From: an uncultured Gemmatimonadaceae bacterium
GTDB lineage: Bacteria; Gemmatimonadota; Gemmatimonadetes; Gemmatimonadales; Gemmatimonadaceae
Assembly (NCBI GenBank): GCA_963817955.1
Contig: CAWFQK010000002.1
Span: forward strand, 416,001 to 480,000
Length of the DNA stretch: 64,000 bases
Direction: 5' to 3'
Shown: positions 61,236 to 64,000 of the stretch, piece after piece
Layout: each line of letters starts with the position of its first letter
How positions within the stretch are numbered: the stretch's first letter is position 1
Notes under the pieces: generated by a model
Seen by the model: the letters and a program-made list of their open reading frames with translations, nothing else
The model's database searches: none
Told to the model about the DNA's origin: nothing
Made by a program: the position numbers and the translations under genes

Positions 61236-62554
61236 TGCACCTCCAAGCCAAGCGTCGTCAAGAAGTGGGCGCGCGTCTGCGTGAGGTCTATACGATGCTG
61301 CGCGCGCGCCAGTCGAGCGGTGAGCAGATCGGTGCTACGGTCGGTGTAGTCGGCGGCCGTCACGACTCCTTCTTCGAACCGAATGCGCGTCTCGCGCTCC
61401 ACCAATTCACGCAGGGCAATGATCCGGTCGTCGGCGGCGAGCGTGGAGTCGAGCCGTGCGATGGTGGAGACGTCGCTCTCGATGCTCCGCCGGATCTGGC
61501 GCGTGAATGCCGCCTCGTTGGTGGTCACGATGTCCCGCTGTAATGCGAGGACCTCACGATCGCGCGATGTCGAGCCCCACGTCCAAGGCATCCACTGCAC
61601 CTGCAGACCCGCCAACCAATACGTCTCGAAGCTGGTGTTCAGCATGTTGAGTCCGGGACGTCCGTAGCCCCACCGGCCAAACGCCGAGAGCTTTGGCTTG
61701 TCCTGCGCGGCATCGACGGTTTCCTGCGTCGACAGACGCGCACGAGTGGCGGCAAACTGCGCATACTCCGGCCGGGAGCGGAGCCCATCGACCGCATTCG
61801 AAGCTTGCGCCGATTCAGCCACGAGATCCGAATATCCAAGACGTACGTCGTCCGCGACGGGCCGCCCGATCAGATCTCCGAGCCGCGCCAGCGCGGCGTG
61901 TCGGTCGGCGCCAAGCTGCAGTGAGTCTTGCTGGCGCTGTAGCAGCGTCGCGGCAAGAATGGCCGTGTCGCTCGGCAATGCCGTGCCACCGCGCACACGA
62001 TCGCGCGCATCGCGGAGCCGCTCCCGGAGGTCCTGCATCGCAATCTCGACCTCCGTGGACCTTGCCTGTAGCGACGCGGCAGCAAAGAATGCGTCGTTCA
62101 CCTCCTGGCGTAGTCCAAAGAGAGTGGCGCGTACCTGCGACTCCGATTCCGCGAGCTGCGTGCGCTCGAGCGCTTCGCGTGGGGAGATGGTGGGGTCGAG
62201 GATCGGTTGCTGCGCGTTGACGTGTCCGTCGTACGTATCGTGCGGCTGCGTGGGGATGTGCAGATTGGGCGGAAGCGCTGCGCTGAAGCCCGTGACATCG
62301 GATTGATACTGTCCCTGTCCATTGATGCTGAGCGCTGGATACCAGCTCGTGGCCAACGTGCGCAGCCGAAGCGCGGATTGACGCGCTTGAAGCTCGAGCT
62401 GCCGGCCGCGCGGATCCGCCGCCACCGCTTGGACCTGGGCGATGCCGAGCGACAGGGAATCGCCGGCGATGGTCTGCTGTGCATTTAGCTGCGGCGTATG
62501 CACCGCAAGCATTGCGGCGCCGGCGAGCGCGGTGATCTGGTGCGTTGCTCTCAT
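61232..62554 (-). CDS. TolC-family outer-membrane efflux protein
   Basis: Signal peptide; two OEP repeats (YP.LS..G, RPE, KP.LS.FG). Confidence 0.9.
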   Translation of the reverse strand: MRATHQITALAGAAMLAVHTPQLNAQQTIAGDSLSLGIAQVQAVAADPRGRQLELQARQSALRLRTLATSWYPALSINGQGQYQSDVTGFSAALPPNLHIPTQPHDTYDGHVNAQQPILDPTISPREALERTQLAESESQVRATLFGLRQEVNDAFFAAASLQARSTEVEIAMQDLRERLRDARDRVRGGTALPSDTAILAATLLQRQQDSLQLGADRHAALARLGDLIGRPVADDVRLGYSDLVAESAQASNAVDGLRSRPEYAQFAATRARLSTQETVDAAQDKPKLSAFGRWGYGRPGLNMLNTSFETYWLAGLQVQWMPWTWGSTSRDREVLALQRDIVTTNEAAFTRQIRRSIESDVSTIARLDSTLAADDRIIALRELVERETRIRFEEGVVTAADYTDRSTDLLTARLARAQHRIDLTQTRAHFLTTLGLEVH

Positions 62555-63234
62555 GGCCTGAGTCCCCTCAGGTAGAACTCGGGCAGCTCTTTCTTCCGGC
62601 GCGTGATGAAGCGGCGGAAGGCATCATCGTCCATCTGCAGGGCGAAGCCGAGCATGGGCCGGGCGACGAAGGGGAAGATGCAGAGGCCGAGCAGGTTGAC
62701 GATGAAGTCCTCAATGGCGATCGGGCGGATGGTACCGGCGCGCACCGCCGCTTTGACTTTGGCGTCGATCACCTTGAACACGCGCAGGCGCAGCGCGGCG
62801 AGGTCGACTCCGCCGCCGGCTTGCATGGCGCCGAGCAACCGCTCCGGATGTTGGTGCAGCTCGCCGACGACGTATGGCGCGAAATACGGGTGCTGGAGGA
62901 GGAGATCGAGATACAGCGCGACAATGCGACGCACGATGTGCTCGAGTGCGGCGTCTTCGGCAATGATCTCGGTGAGGGGCGGCACGAACGCCGAGGCGAC
63001 GCGGCCGAAAATGACGGCGGCGAGGCGGTCCTTGTTGCGGAAGTAGTAGTGGAGGAGCGCCTTGTTGACGCCGGCCTCGTCGGCGATCTCCTGCATGCGG
63101 GCGCCGGCGGTGCCGCGGCGGAGGAAGACCGAGTGGGCGGCGTCGAGAATGCGGGCCTCGGTATCGAGGTCGTGCGCGGCGGCGGTCGAGGGGCGGGTCG
63201 CCGTGCGGCGCCGCTGACCAGCGGGTTTAGCCAT
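62551..63234 (-). CDS. TetR/AcrR family regulator
   Basis: RILDAA..VF...G.AGARMQEIADEAGVNKALLHYYF. Confidence 0.95.
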   Translation of the reverse strand: MAKPAGQRRRTATRPSTAAAHDLDTEARILDAAHSVFLRRGTAGARMQEIADEAGVNKALLHYYFRNKDRLAAVIFGRVASAFVPPLTEIIAEDAALEHIVRRIVALYLDLLLQHPYFAPYVVGELHQHPERLLGAMQAGGGVDLAALRLRVFKVIDAKVKAAVRAGTIRPIAIEDFIVNLLGLCIFPFVARPMLGFALQMDDDAFRRFITRRKKELPEFYLRGLRP

Positions 63235-63287
63235 GTGGTTTGGTCATATGGTTAAACCAGGATACGACGAATGGACGCGAAGCGCAA
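63224..63287 (-). promoter_or_regulatory. Sigma70-like promoter and inverted-repeat operator of the tetR-efflux operon
   Basis: -35 TTGCGC (63287-63282), 17 bp, -10 TATCCT (63264-63259); IR GGTTTAGCCATGTG/CATATGGTTAAACC (12/14) overlaps the start codon. Confidence 0.65.
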
Positions 63288-63419
63288 GAGCGAGGGAGAC
63301 CGTGGGTGGTTCTTGCCGCAGCCGCCACTAGCGACTCGTTGGTCCCCAGTGGCCCCCACAACCAGCACGTCGATTCTCGATGGCTATTTGTGCGATCGGA
63401 TTCGATTGGCACCGCTCGC

Positions 63420-63941
63420 TTAGACTTTGCCCAAGAGAGAGCCGAGAGTCGCGTCGGCCTTTACCAACGCCGTACGAATGAGCGGCAGCGTCCGCACAAT
63501 CCAGCTGAGTGCCAGCGTTCGCTCGGCTTCTCCGGCAATCGCCGGATCGTACATTGAGCCCTTCCTGAGCCCGCGGATTTCCTCTGAGTCCGCAACAAGG
63601 TCTTCGAGAATATCACCACCGAGCGCCGCAGCGGCGTGAAACGTCATCTCGTGATGGCCCTGTCCCGAGGACGGTTTCAGCCCATGAACCGCAAGCAGCG
63701 CGAGCGCGGCGAGGTGTCCACCATCGTACGCAAGGCGAATCGCGCTATCGACGCTCAACTGCTTGATCGCGGCGTCGCACGCCGACTCGGTGGCTTTTTG
63801 CCAGACGGCCGCAACATCCACCTGCGCGAATTCTTGCTCCTTGAGCCGACGATCGTCGAGCAAGAGACGAATCCGGTCAGGGACGTTCACACCGAGCCGA
63901 TACGTCACGGCGTTTGTCGGCCGTCGCTTGTCCGCGGCCAC
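63420..63941 (-). CDS. HEPN-like domain protein (possible toxin of an MNT-HEPN pair)
   Basis: AYD...AA.ALL...G......GHH......R..R....Y pattern; an upstream ORF ends at 63946. Confidence 0.6.
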   Translation of the reverse strand: MAADKRRPTNAVTYRLGVNVPDRIRLLLDDRRLKEQEFAQVDVAAVWQKATESACDAAIKQLSVDSAIRLAYDGGHLAALALLAVHGLKPSSGQGHHEMTFHAAAALGGDILEDLVADSEEIRGLRKGSMYDPAIAGEAERTLALSWIVRTLPLIRTALVKADATLGSLLGKV

Positions 63942-64000
63942 GCGCTCAGCCGCCCCTGACCTGATCGACCGAAATGCCAGCCGCGAGAGCGACGGGCGTG

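Noticed and set aside
56264..63234. Novel secretion system
   Set aside because: Matches the known TetR-TolC-YbhG-YbhF-YbhS-YbhR-type ABC exporter layout

Overview
A GC-rich, densely coding bacterial chromosomal window. Gene content, synteny and repeat types resemble Gemmatimonadota, though this is an inference. It is mostly housekeeping and metabolic: SAM hydrolase, MATE, Mrp, NrnA, guaB, gpmI, a queD-fdhE-like-mobA-dacB-moeA cluster, glutaryl-CoA dehydrogenase-ETF-FeS oxidoreductase, IDH, cstA-ybdD, peptidases, an F0+delta-only atp operon and a TetR-TolC-HlyD-ABC exporter. A small graveyard of IS remnants lies at 2.2-3.4 kb and a HEPN-like gene at the right edge. No rRNA, tRNA or CRISPR array was seen. 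The most striking item is 44956-45786. It encodes a signal-peptide-bearing protein whose core aligns by eye with Hcp (T6SS tube) but carries an inserted ~78-aa alpha-hairpin like that of membrane fusion proteins. It is head-to-head with an M1 aminopeptidase fused to an Omp85-like beta-barrel. Other notable signals are a near-perfect Rex operator in the atp promoter, palindromes flanking atpE, a 260-bp MITE-like element, REP-like repeats, a probable CTG start for mobA, and two single-base frameshifts that may be sequencing errors. All family assignments come from motif recognition by eye, not from database searches.
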